Counted from the first letter of the stretch, positions 20,291 through 29,290 are shown. The stretch: 64,000 nucleotides of DNA from Spirochaetia bacterium (GCA_963662265.2 CAXXHA010000024.1:1-64000), one strand, 5' to 3'. The notes: generated from the letters alone by a model not told the origin. Numbers and translations: made by a program.

Positions 20291-21016
20291 TTATTTATTA
20301 TAAATATGCCAGTATTTGTTTACATCTTCTTTGAGAATATCAATATGCCGTATCAGAGCAGCTTCCGCACTTGCTGAATCATGGTTAGCAAGGGCTGTGA
20401 AAATAGCCAGGTGAGAATCGTTATATGGTTTCCCAACTTTATCTCTGAGTTTTTCAAATAATTCAGACTGCTGACCCATCTTTGAAAGTATCATATATAA
20501 AGATAAAAGTGCTTCATTCCCGGATGCTTTTGCTATTAAAAGATGAAAATCAATATCATCATTAGCGATGCTTAATCCTTTTTCTCTGTCAGAAATCTGT
20601 TTCTTTACAATTTTTTCAAGTTTTTTTAATTCTTTATCTGTGATTTTGTCAGCTGCCAGCGCTACAGTTGCTCTTTCAATTGCTTTTCTAGCTTCAAGAA
20701 CCTGAAGGTAATTATTCAGTGTATCACTGACAACCAGCTCATTCAGAGCATTGTGATAGTGATTTAGTTCAGTCTGATTTGCGGCAGATTTAAGAGCGTT
20801 TAGTCCCTTATCAGTAATTATTCTACCACGGACATTTTCTTTTTTAAGATAACCAGCCTTTTCCAGCTGTTTTAGTACCCTGCCTATTGTAGCAGTACTT
20901 ACTTCAATTCCCTGTTCGGTTATTTCATCAACAATATTCCATGATCCCATTGGTTGATCACTTTCTGCAAGTATTTTTAAAACTATTAAATACCACCTGT
21001 CAGCCATAATGTCCAA
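20291..21016 (-). CDS. Transcriptional regulator: HrcA/NrpR-like winged HTH plus FCD (FadR C-terminal) ligand domain
   Basis: N-term VLKILAESDQPMGS...VSTATIGRVLKQLEKAGYL; C-term LEARKAIE, DIDFHLLIAKASGN, HLAIFTAL and RHI (FCD His motifs). TTG start with AGGAG RBS; divergent from dapA copy 2. Confidence 0.8.
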   Translation of the reverse strand: MDIMADRWYLIVLKILAESDQPMGSWNIVDEITEQGIEVSTATIGRVLKQLEKAGYLKKENVRGRIITDKGLNALKSAANQTELNHYHNALNELVVSDTLNNYLQVLEARKAIERATVALAADKITDKELKKLEKIVKKQISDREKGLSIANDDIDFHLLIAKASGNEALLSLYMILSKMGQQSELFEKLRDKVGKPYNDSHLAIFTALANHDSASAEAALIRHIDILKEDVNKYWHIYNK

Positions 21017-21138
21017 GGTTTGTCTCCTAAGTTTAAATTAATTTTGGTTGAAAAAAGTTTAGATTAATAATTGAAAAAAGACAACTATTATTCCATAAAA
21101 ACACGATTGAAAATAAAACTCTTAATATAACAAATTTA

Positions 21139-21191
21139 TTGACATTAATAAATAAGCAAGATAATATATAGCTACTCATATGATGAGTAGC
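21139..21191 (+). promoter_or_regulatory. Sigma70-type promoter plus operator 1 (GCTACTCA-tatga-TGAGTAGC, 21171-21191)
   Basis: TTGACA 21139-21144, 17 bp, TAATAT; perfect 8-bp inverted repeat just downstream of -10 and just before the GGAGG RBS of dapA2. Confidence 0.8.
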
Positions 21192-21203
21192 AAAGGAGGG
21201 AAT

Positions 21204-22070
21204 ATGTTATCTGGAGTTATTACAGCTTTAATCACCCCTTTTGATGAAAAAGGGAATGTTGATTTTCAGTCTTTTGAAAAAATACTTGGAATGCAAATTG
21301 ATGCGGGAATAAATGGATTACTTCCGCTCGGAACAACTGCTGAAAGTCCAGTACTTAGCGAAAAAGAAAAAGAGAAAATCATAGAAATGGTTTTAAATAA
21401 AGTTGATGGGAAAGTTCCTGTTATAGCGGGTAGCGGATCAAATTCAACTGAAGCTGCAATAAATGCAACTTTGAAAATGAAAAAAATGGGTGTTGATTCA
21501 AGCTTACAGGTTGCACCGTATTACAATAAGCCGAGTCAGGAAGGATTATATCGTCACTTTTCAGAAATAGTTGAAAAATGTGATTTCCCTATTTGGCTTT
21601 ACAATGTACCTGGAAGATCCGGAGTGGAAATTACAACGGAAACTATTTTGCGGCTTTCAAAAGATCCCAGAATTCTTGGAGTAAAGGATGCAACAGGAAA
21701 TGTAACAACAGCTATGGAAGTTTTAAAGGGTGAAACCGGGGATTTTTCTGTTTTTTCAGGTGATGATGCGTTGGCTTTACCAATGATGTCTCTGGGTGCC
21801 AAAGGTGTTATATCTGTAGTTAGTAATCTGATTCCTGAAAAGATGGTTAAATTTACCAGTCTCATACTTGATCGTAAATATGAAGAAGCAAGAAAAATGC
21901 ATTTTGAACTTCTGCCTCTGTTTAAAGCTGCTTTTATTGAAACAAATCCAGTACCAATTAAAGCTGCTATGGCAAGCAAAGGATGGATGTCAGAAAAGTA
22001 CAGGTCTCCGTTATGTAATATGCTTGAAGTAAACAGGAAGAAACTGATGGAAGTTGTTGAAGCTTTCTGA
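21204..22070 (+). CDS. dapA: 4-hydroxy-tetrahydrodipicolinate synthase, copy 2
   Basis: TALITPF, GTTAES, PYYNKP, YNVPGR, catalytic VKDA, SGDD and ETNPVPIK. Start placed at ATG 21204 behind AGGAGG. Confidence 0.9.
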   Translation: MLSGVITALITPFDEKGNVDFQSFEKILGMQIDAGINGLLPLGTTAESPVLSEKEKEKIIEMVLNKVDGKVPVIAGSGSNSTEAAINATLKMKKMGVDSSLQVAPYYNKPSQEGLYRHFSEIVEKCDFPIWLYNVPGRSGVEITTETILRLSKDPRILGVKDATGNVTTAMEVLKGETGDFSVFSGDDALALPMMSLGAKGVISVVSNLIPEKMVKFTSLILDRKYEEARKMHFELLPLFKAAFIETNPVPIKAAMASKGWMSEKYRSPLCNMLEVNRKKLMEVVEAF

Positions 22071-22144
22071 AGTCTGAAAGTGTAATCAGACACAGATGTT
22101 TGGAAAATCTTGATTATCCAGTCTTGTATATGATTGTAACAAAC

Positions 22145-22173
22145 TTGTCAAATTTAATGTAATACTGTAGTAT
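22145..22173 (+). promoter_or_regulatory. Possible internal sigma70 promoter for dapB, without operator
   Basis: TTGTCA-17 bp-TAGTAT immediately upstream of the GAGGAG RBS. Confidence 0.45.
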
Positions 22174-22190
22174 TTTGCCGAGGAGTTATC

Positions 22191-23411
22191 ATGACAAGAA
22201 TAATCATTAATGGATGCTTTGGCCGGATGGGCAGGGTTTTAATTGCAGCTTTGAAGGACCAGGATGACTTGGTTCTGGCCGCTGGAATAGATTTGTCAAT
22301 TCCAACCAAGCATTCTGATTTTCCAGTATTTACATCACTTGAATCCTGTACTGTTGAAGCTGATGTGGTGGTGGATTTTTCAAATCCGAAATCACTATCA
22401 GAGCTATTGCCAGTTGCAGCTTCAAGGAAAATTGCAGTAGTTATTGCGACTACCGGACTGATGCAGAAACATCATGATCTGATAAAGAAATACAGTCAGG
22501 ATATTCCGGTATTTCATTCTGCCAATATGTCTGTAGGTATTAATCTGGTCAAGGATCTGATAAAGAAAGCAGCTTTGATTTTAGGAAATTCCTACGATAT
22601 TGAGATTGTTGAAATGCATCACAGGATGAAAAAGGATTCACCAAGCGGAACAGCTCTTTTGTTGTACAATGCGCTAAATGAAGTTCTAGAGCCAAAAATG
22701 AAGAGTGTATGCGGGAGGGAATCTGATAATCAGTTAAGAACTTCGGAGGAAATTGGAATACATGCAATTCGTGGTGGAACTGTAATTGGGGATCATGATG
22801 TGATTTTTGCAGGACCGGATGAGCTTGTTAAGCTGAGCCATAAAGCTTTCTCGCGGCAGATTTTTGCGATGGGTGCGCTGAAAGCTGCAAAGTATATTGC
22901 AGGTAATAAACCCGGTATCTATACAATGGATAAAATGTTCAGTGAATCAAATGTTGTGACTGATCTTTATACTGTTGATAATGAGGTTCTTATTACTATT
23001 GCAAACCTCCCGGCGAAGATGTCTGTTGTAACAGGTCTTTTAGGTGTAATATCCCAGGAAGAAGTCAATATTGATATGATAAGCCAGACTAATCAGGCTG
23101 GTGAATTATTAACTGTTTCTTTTTCTTTATTCAAATCTGACCTCTTGAAAACAGAAAAAGTTATAAAAGACCTTATAAAGCAGTATCCTGAAGTATATTA
23201 TATTTGTGATCCTGAAGTTTCCAAGATTACAGTAGAAGGTCCTGGTATGGAGCAACAGTCTGGTGTTGCATTTAAAGTGTTTTCATCTCTGGAAAAGGAA
23301 AACATTCAGGTGAAAGCAGTTTCTACATCTGAAACTAAAATATCGTCAATTATTGATATTAATGATAAGGAAAAAGCTGTATCTATTCTGAAAGAAATAT
23401 TTATTATTTAA
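22191..23411 (+). CDS. dapB: 4-hydroxy-tetrahydrodipicolinate reductase fused to two aspartokinase-beta-like ACT domains
   Basis: GCFGRMG, VDFS, ATTG, SANMSVG, EMHHRMKKDSPSGTA and IRGG..GDH over about 250 aa. Then about 150 aa with VNIDMISQ and KITVEGPGMEQQSGVAFKVF...VSTSETKIS, resembling AK ACT1/ACT2. Confidence 0.9.
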   Translation: MTRIIINGCFGRMGRVLIAALKDQDDLVLAAGIDLSIPTKHSDFPVFTSLESCTVEADVVVDFSNPKSLSELLPVAASRKIAVVIATTGLMQKHHDLIKKYSQDIPVFHSANMSVGINLVKDLIKKAALILGNSYDIEIVEMHHRMKKDSPSGTALLLYNALNEVLEPKMKSVCGRESDNQLRTSEEIGIHAIRGGTVIGDHDVIFAGPDELVKLSHKAFSRQIFAMGALKAAKYIAGNKPGIYTMDKMFSESNVVTDLYTVDNEVLITIANLPAKMSVVTGLLGVISQEEVNIDMISQTNQAGELLTVSFSLFKSDLLKTEKVIKDLIKQYPEVYYICDPEVSKITVEGPGMEQQSGVAFKVFSSLEKENIQVKAVSTSETKISSIIDINDKEKAVSILKEIFII

Positions 23412-23444
23412 AACAGCATTTTTACATTGATTAATAAAAAATAA

Positions 23445-23493
23445 CAGGAATCGTGCAGGGGTAAATTATGATGTGATTTATGCACGATTCCTG
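23445..23493 (+). terminator. Long hairpin after dapB
   Basis: Perfect 13-bp arms CAGGAATCGTGCA / TGCACGATTCCTG with additional inner pairing; poor U tract. Confidence 0.55.
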
Positions 23494-23635
23494 AAATATT
23501 TATAAAATAAAAAATCTTCAAATCAGTTCAATATTTTTCTAAAATTCTAAAATAATTTAATCTGTTTTATCAGTATGGCCAAAATCAAGTCTCTTGTATT
23601 TTGTTGAGATTTAAGCGAAAAAAGTTTGGAAAAAC

Positions 23636-23703
23636 TTGACAAGGAATAAAATTGTGTTAATATTATATTGCTACTCACGAGATGAGTAGCAATATAATAT
23701 TAA
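23636..23703 (+). promoter_or_regulatory. Sigma70-type promoter plus operator 2 (core GCTACTCA-cgaga-TGAGTAGC in a 47-bp perfect palindrome, 23657-23703)
   Basis: TTGACA 23636-23641 and extended -10 TGnTAATAT; 21-bp arms TTAATATTATATTGCTACTCA / TGAGTAGCAATATAATATTAA. Confidence 0.85.
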
Positions 23704-23719
23704 AGGAGCATATTTAGAT

Positions 23720-24751
23720 ATGAACCAGCTAAATGTTGCAGTTGTTGGAGCTCTTGGAGCTGTCGGGCAGCAGATGATAAAAACTCTCGAGAAATCAACA
23801 CTGCCTGTAAAAAATTTTGTTCCAATGGATATATCAATTAATAAGGGAAAAGTTTGTAAATTCCGTGATAAAGAGTATGAAGTTGTAACTGCGGAAGAAG
23901 AAGCTTTTAAAGGTGTTGATATTGCACTGTTTTCTGCAGGTGGAGATGCAAGTAAGGTATTGGCACCTCTTGCTGTAAAACAGGGGACTGTTGTAGTAGA
24001 TAACTCCAGTCAGTGGAGGATGGATCCTGAAATACCACTTGTTGTGCCGGAGGTTAATCCTGAGGCTTTACGCACTCATAAAGGTATAATTGCAAATCCT
24101 AACTGTTCAACAATACAGATGCTTGTAGCGTGTAAACCTCTTCATGATAAATTCAGGATAAAAAGAATTGTTGTTTCTACATACCAGGCTGTATCAGGAA
24201 GCGGGCAGAAGGCTATTGAGGAGCTTAAAGAGCAGTCTGAAACATTTTTTACTGACAAACAGTCAGAGGCTAAAGTTTATCCGCATCCTATAGCTTTTAA
24301 TGCATTACCTCACATAGATGTATTTCTTGATAATGGTTATACAAAAGAAGAGATGAAGATGGTGAATGAGACACATAAGATTCTTGACCCGTCTATCATG
24401 GTTTCTCCTACAGCAGTGAGAATTCCTGTTTTCAGGAGTCATTCTGAATCTATTAATCTGGAATTTGAAAATGAATTTTATATGCAGGATCTAAAGAAAC
24501 ATCTTTCAGAGGCAAGAGGTGTCGTCCTTTGTGATTCTCCTGAAGATAATGTTTATCCACTTGCAAGAAAAGCGGAAGGAACCGGAGATGTTTTTGTTGG
24601 TCGAATCAGAAGAGATTCGACAGTAGTTTCAGGAGTAAATCTATGGGTTGTTTCAGATAATCTTCTTAAAGGAGCTGCATACAATGCTGTGCAGATCGCT
24701 GAAACATTGTATGCAATGGATTTGATTAAGCTGCCAGTAGCAGTAGGATAA
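23720..24751 (+). CDS. asd: Aspartate-semialdehyde dehydrogenase
   Basis: VVGALGAVG, DNSSQWRM, ANPNCST, STYQAVSGSG, RIPVFRSHSE and SDNLLKGAAYNAVQ. Confidence 0.95.
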   Translation: MNQLNVAVVGALGAVGQQMIKTLEKSTLPVKNFVPMDISINKGKVCKFRDKEYEVVTAEEEAFKGVDIALFSAGGDASKVLAPLAVKQGTVVVDNSSQWRMDPEIPLVVPEVNPEALRTHKGIIANPNCSTIQMLVACKPLHDKFRIKRIVVSTYQAVSGSGQKAIEELKEQSETFFTDKQSEAKVYPHPIAFNALPHIDVFLDNGYTKEEMKMVNETHKILDPSIMVSPTAVRIPVFRSHSESINLEFENEFYMQDLKKHLSEARGVVLCDSPEDNVYPLARKAEGTGDVFVGRIRRDSTVVSGVNLWVVSDNLLKGAAYNAVQIAETLYAMDLIKLPVAVG

Positions 24752-24755
24752 AGTA

Positions 24756-25799
24756 ATGAAACCAATTGCAGTTTTAAAGTTCGGAGGAACATCTGTTGCG
24801 AATCCGGAACTCAGGGAAAAGGTTTTAAGTCATGTCAAATCCTATATTGATAATGATTATTCTGTGGTGGTAGTTGTTTCTGCAATGGGGCGAAAAGGAT
24901 CGCCCTATGCAACTGATACATTGATTGATCTTCTTCCTGATGGTTTGGAAACCAGTATTGTAAAAGATTTTATATGTAACTGCGGTGAAAATATTTCTGC
25001 TGCAATTTTAGCGGCTGAAGCCTCCATGATGGGGATTGAGGCTGTGCCGTTAACCGGTGGGCAAGCGGGAATAATTACTGATGCCTGTTATACAAAGGCT
25101 AATATTATCCGTATTCAACCAGATATTGTTGTGAATCATCTTTCTAACGACCGGGTAGTAATAATATCAGGTTTCCAGGGACATACAATGCCTGAAGGGT
25201 ATGTTACAACTCTGGGAAGGGGAGGCAGTGATTTAAGTGCTATTTCTCTTTCTGCTGCACTCCACGCAGATGAGACTGTTATATATACAGATGTTCCCGG
25301 GATTGCTTTTGCAGATCCACGATTGGTGCCTGATGTTAAGTTTATTTCATCTATTCCTGTAAAGCAATTATACTGGCTTTCTCTCGGGGGGGCAAAGGTG
25401 ATGCATTCCCGGGCTGTAAAAACTGCAATGGAACGGATGGTATCTTTTTATGTACGGGCTACCGGATCAGATGAAGAGGGAACATTTGTTGATACAGGCC
25501 ATGATACAGCATTCCTTCCATTTGCCGGAATTGCTGCTGTTCCGATGGATAACGGTTTCTCCCAGGTAAGTTTAATCATGACTCCTGATTCTAAAAAAGA
25601 AACTGAAATGATTATGGAATACTGGGATGGAAAAGAAGAAAAACCGGAATTTGAATACCTTGCTGAAAAATGTTGTCTTAAAGCAGTGTTGAAGGAGGAA
25701 CTTTCCACTTGTTTTATTCAGGAAACATGTGGCATTATTTCCGGGAAAGCAAATCTGGATATTTTAAAAAAGGAAAGGGTCCATGACAGAATATTTTGA
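24756..25799 (+). CDS. dapG: Aspartate kinase, DapG/AK-I type, with truncated or degenerate regulatory region
   Basis: KFGGTSV, VVVVSAMGRKGSPYATDTL (DapG-like), TTLGRGGSD, YTDVPG..ADPR and GAKVMH; only about 100 atypical residues follow the kinase domain. Confidence 0.8.
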   Translation: MKPIAVLKFGGTSVANPELREKVLSHVKSYIDNDYSVVVVVSAMGRKGSPYATDTLIDLLPDGLETSIVKDFICNCGENISAAILAAEASMMGIEAVPLTGGQAGIITDACYTKANIIRIQPDIVVNHLSNDRVVIISGFQGHTMPEGYVTTLGRGGSDLSAISLSAALHADETVIYTDVPGIAFADPRLVPDVKFISSIPVKQLYWLSLGGAKVMHSRAVKTAMERMVSFYVRATGSDEEGTFVDTGHDTAFLPFAGIAAVPMDNGFSQVSLIMTPDSKKETEMIMEYWDGKEEKPEFEYLAEKCCLKAVLKEELSTCFIQETCGIISGKANLDILKKERVHDRIF

Positions 25800-26988
25800 T
25801 GTTACAATCATTGGCGGAGGAATTATCGGGTTATCAAGTGCCTATTACCTCAGTCAGCGAGGTAAAAAAGTACTGATTCTTGAAGCTGGTGGATTTGGTC
25901 ATGGCAGTTCAGGTTCCTGTGATGATATGATTCTGTTACAGTCCAAAAAGCCGGGAATAAATCTGAAGCTTGCATTTGAGAGTCTTGAACTTTACAGGCA
26001 GTTATTGAGTGATTGGGGAGAAGATGAACTTGAATTCCTTAATCTGGGGGGAATGATTCTTATACAGAATCAGCAGGAGCTTTCAATTATGGAAGATTTT
26101 GTTGATCAGCAGAAAAAAATAGGGCTTGATGTCAGTATTATTGATAAAAAAGAAATGAAAAAAAAGCAGCCATATGTGAGTGACAGGTATATTGCCTCGA
26201 CCTACAGCGAGATAGATTCACAGGTTAACCCGTTTTCTGTTATGCGGGGATTTCTCTCAAGGATAAAAAAAATGGGTGGTGAAATAAGGTTTTATTCACC
26301 TGTGAAATCCATAGAAAAACAAGGATCTGGTGGCTGGAATATTAAAACTGAAAAAGAAGAAAATTATTATTCTGATGTTGTTGTTAATGCTGCCGGTGCC
26401 TGGGCAGGGAAGATTGCTTCTATGGTTGGACAGGATGTTCCGATAACTCCAAAAAAGGGGCAGCTTGTAATTACTGAAAAGGTACCCTCTCTCGGGGAAA
26501 CTAATTTGTGGAGTGCAAGTTATATGGTTACCAAGTTAAGGCCTGATCTTGTTGAAAACAATTCATCAGATATGGGAATAGGACTTGGCTTTTCATTTAC
26601 CAGGACTACTGACGGGAATTACCTGATTGGAAGTACAAGGGAAAAGGTCGGGTTTGATAAGAGAAATACCTATGAAGCTATAAAGGCGATTATTAAGCAG
26701 GCAACAGGTATACTTCCGGTTCTTAACGAAGTCCATTTTATCAGAACTATTGCCGGTTTCAGACCTGCATCTGAAGATGGGAAGGTTATCCTTGGTGAGC
26801 ATGAATCTGTTCCCGGTTTTTATACAGCAGCCGGGCATGAAGGTGACGGAATAGCATTGGCCCCTGTAACTGGCAAAATCCTTTCAGAGATTGTTTCCGG
26901 AGATTCTGTTGATCCTGAATATCTTCAGTTGTCGCCTGAAAGATTTCTGTCCCGGACAGAAGACAAGGTTTTAAATGAAGTAAGGTGA
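25783..26988 (+). CDS. FAD-dependent D-amino-acid-oxidase-family subunit (PdhB/HcnC/OoxB-like)
   Basis: IIGGGIIG, VVNAAGAW, KKGQLV, AGFRP and GHEGDGIALAPVTG; overlaps dapG. Confidence 0.85.
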   Translation: MTEYFDVTIIGGGIIGLSSAYYLSQRGKKVLILEAGGFGHGSSGSCDDMILLQSKKPGINLKLAFESLELYRQLLSDWGEDELEFLNLGGMILIQNQQELSIMEDFVDQQKKIGLDVSIIDKKEMKKKQPYVSDRYIASTYSEIDSQVNPFSVMRGFLSRIKKMGGEIRFYSPVKSIEKQGSGGWNIKTEKEENYYSDVVVNAAGAWAGKIASMVGQDVPITPKKGQLVITEKVPSLGETNLWSASYMVTKLRPDLVENNSSDMGIGLGFSFTRTTDGNYLIGSTREKVGFDKRNTYEAIKAIIKQATGILPVLNEVHFIRTIAGFRPASEDGKVILGEHESVPGFYTAAGHEGDGIALAPVTGKILSEIVSGDSVDPEYLQLSPERFLSRTEDKVLNEVR

Positions 26989-26998
26989 GGTTGATAAG

Positions 26999-27274
26999 AT
27001 GACAAACAAGGATATATTTATATGCCGGTGTGAAGAAGTTACACTCTCTGAGATAGAACAGGCTATTGATGAGGGATTTATAACTGTTAATGATGTAAAA
27101 CGCCGAACCAGAGCAGGGATGGGGCTTTGTCAGGGAAGAACATGTGGGAAAAGAATTGCCCAGATTATTTCCAAAAAGACTGGAATACCACTTGATACTT
27201 TGCTTCCGGGAACTGCACGCTCTCCTGTGAGAACAGAAAAAATGGAAATATTTAAGGGAGAACAGGATGTTTAG
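26999..27274 (+). CDS. BFD-like [2Fe-2S] subunit
   Basis: ICRCEEV...KRRTRAGMGLCQGRTC...RSPVR, equivalent to the C-terminal domain of OoxA/HcnB-type subunits. Confidence 0.85.
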   Translation: MTNKDIFICRCEEVTLSEIEQAIDEGFITVNDVKRRTRAGMGLCQGRTCGKRIAQIISKKTGIPLDTLLPGTARSPVRTEKMEIFKGEQDV

Positions 27275-27602
27275 GATTAAGCATCACCCTATTCTGGGTG
27301 ATTTGGATGAGAATAAAGAGGAACTTATAACTATCCATGTTGACGGGAAACCGCTTTCCGCAAGGAAAGGGGAAATGATAGCTGCGGCATTACTGTCACA
27401 TGGTATCAGATCTTTCAGGAAAACTAATAAATATAAAAACCCCCGCGGTATATTTTGCGGAATAGGGCGATGCACAGATTGTGTTATGACTGTTAACGGG
27501 ATTCCCAATGTCAGAACTTGTGTAACTCCTGTAGAAGATGGAATGATAATCGAAACCCAGGAAGGTTCTGGAAAATGGGGAGGGGCTGATGGAAAGGTAT
27601 GA
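27267..27602 (+). CDS. [2Fe-2S] ferredoxin-like subunit (Fer2_4, HcnA-like)
   Basis: HPILG, GEMIAAAL and RGIFCGIGRCTDC...NVRTC. Confidence 0.85.
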   Translation: MFRIKHHPILGDLDENKEELITIHVDGKPLSARKGEMIAAALLSHGIRSFRKTNKYKNPRGIFCGIGRCTDCVMTVNGIPNVRTCVTPVEDGMIIETQEGSGKWGGADGKV

Positions 27603-28683
27603 AGTTATTGTTATTGGAGCAGGTCCTGCCGGTCTTTCAGCAGCCATAGAAGCTGCATCAGCAGGATGTAAAGTACTCCTTCTTGATGAAAATTCTAAAC
27701 CTGGCGGGCAGCTGTTTAAGCAGATACATAAATTTTTCGGTTCAAAAGAACACCGTGCAGGTATAAGAGGTATAAATATCGGAAAACAGCTTCTCGATGA
27801 AGCAGAAAGACTTGAGATTGAAGTCTGGCTTGATTCAGAAGTCTGTGGAATTTTTGACCAGCGTAAAATCTGGGTGGTAAAAAACAAGAAGAAAAGCATT
27901 ATGCTGGAGGCCGACAGGATAATTCTGGCTACAGGTGCTACTGAAAATGCTGTAAGTTTTCCCGGATGGCATCTGCCGGGGGTTATGGGAGCTGGCGCGG
28001 CCCAGACAATGATTAATATCAACAGAGTGCTTCCGGGTACAAAAGTTCTGATGATAGGTTCAGGAAATGTAGGTATTATTGTTTCATATCAGCTTTTACA
28101 GGCAGGTGCAGATGTTGTCGCTGTTGTTGAAGGTGCACCCAGGTTGGGTGGATATGGTGTTCATACAGCTAAAATCAGAAGAGCTGGAGTTCCTTTTTAT
28201 GTAAGCCATACAGTAGCAGCTGCGGAGGGTAATGGAAAGGTTGAAAAAGCCAAAATAGTCCAGATTGATTCCAGCTGGAAGCCTGTACCTGGTACAGAGA
28301 AGGAACTGGAAGTTGATACTATCTGTATAGCAGCTGGTCTTTCACCTCTTACAGAACTGGCCTATCTTGCCGGTTGCGAGTTTACCTATACACCTGTGCT
28401 TGGTGGTCATGTGCCCTGGCATAATTCCAGAATGCAGACAAGTCTTGAACACCTCTATATTGCCGGTGATATTTCCGGTGTAGAGGAAGCAAGTACTGCC
28501 ATGGAAGAGGGGAGGATGGCCGGCCTGCAGGCTGCTGCTTCTCTTGGACACATGAGCGACGGGGAAAAGCAGGAAGAGGAAAAGCAGATACAGGCAAGAC
28601 TTGATGATCTGCGTTCAGGTTTTTTCGGAGAAAAAAGAATGAGTGCTAAAAATATGATTTTTGCAGCAGGGGGTGAACAGTAA
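27589..28683 (+). CDS. FAD/NAD(P)-dependent oxidoreductase subunit (PdhA/HcnB-like)
   Basis: VIGAGPAG, GGQLFKQIHKFFGS, LATGA, IGSGNVG and YIAGD motifs. Confidence 0.85.
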   Translation: MERYEVIVIGAGPAGLSAAIEAASAGCKVLLLDENSKPGGQLFKQIHKFFGSKEHRAGIRGINIGKQLLDEAERLEIEVWLDSEVCGIFDQRKIWVVKNKKKSIMLEADRIILATGATENAVSFPGWHLPGVMGAGAAQTMININRVLPGTKVLMIGSGNVGIIVSYQLLQAGADVVAVVEGAPRLGGYGVHTAKIRRAGVPFYVSHTVAAAEGNGKVEKAKIVQIDSSWKPVPGTEKELEVDTICIAAGLSPLTELAYLAGCEFTYTPVLGGHVPWHNSRMQTSLEHLYIAGDISGVEEASTAMEEGRMAGLQAAASLGHMSDGEKQEEEKQIQARLDDLRSGFFGEKRMSAKNMIFAAGGEQ

Positions 28684-29216
28684 TGGCTCATTGTACTAAA
28701 TGTTGTAATGGAGTGAAAATCGATGGAGTGCCATCTGTTGAAGAATTAAAAGCATCTCCCGGGTATCCTTCTTCAGTTGTAAGGGAAAAGCCCCTGGCAT
28801 TTATTGAATGTGTTGAAGAAATTCCCTGTAATCCCTGCGCTTCAGCATGTCCTCAAAATGCGATTACTCTTGAAAAGGGTCTTACATCTCTGCCCAGAAT
28901 AAATCCTGATTTATGTACAGGGTGTGGGATTTGCATAGCCGCATGTCCCGGTCTTGCAATTTATGTAAAAGCAAGGGAATTCGGTCCAGGTCTTTCATCA
29001 ATCATGTTTCCTTTTGAATATTATCCTTTACCGGAAGTTGGAGAGGAAGTGGGTCTGGTTAATAGGTTTGGGGAGAAAATATGCAGCGGTTTTGTTCTTT
29101 CTGTAAAGCTGTCACAAAAATATGATCGTACAGCAATTATTAAGGTTTCTTTTCCGCAAAACTATTTTGAGGATGTTGTTTCCATGAAAAAACTCCCTGT
29201 AAAATATAGTGAATAA
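28683..29216 (+). CDS. 2x[4Fe-4S] ferredoxin subunit with C-terminal beta domain
   Basis: ECVEEIPCNPCASACP and CTGCGICIAACPG; FPFEYYPLPEVG tail; TAATG coupling to the upstream gene. Confidence 0.85.
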   Translation: MAHCTKCCNGVKIDGVPSVEELKASPGYPSSVVREKPLAFIECVEEIPCNPCASACPQNAITLEKGLTSLPRINPDLCTGCGICIAACPGLAIYVKAREFGPGLSSIMFPFEYYPLPEVGEEVGLVNRFGEKICSGFVLSVKLSQKYDRTAIIKVSFPQNYFEDVVSMKKLPVKYSE

Positions 29217-29290
29217 TATTTTATATACTGATATTTAAAATACATTTCACTGATTTATATTAAATAATGCAATAATTAAAAAATAAAAAA

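Noticed and set aside
27396-28022. 208-aa minus-strand ORF and similar antisense ORFs across the window
   Set aside because: They lie opposite well-supported genes and have no motifs of their own.
25783-28683. Calling the dehydrogenase cluster HCN synthase (hcnABC) or sarcosine oxidase
   Set aside because: Same superfamily, but the extra ferredoxin, the lack of a folate-binding domain and soxD/soxG, and the dap/TAXI context do not support either specific call.
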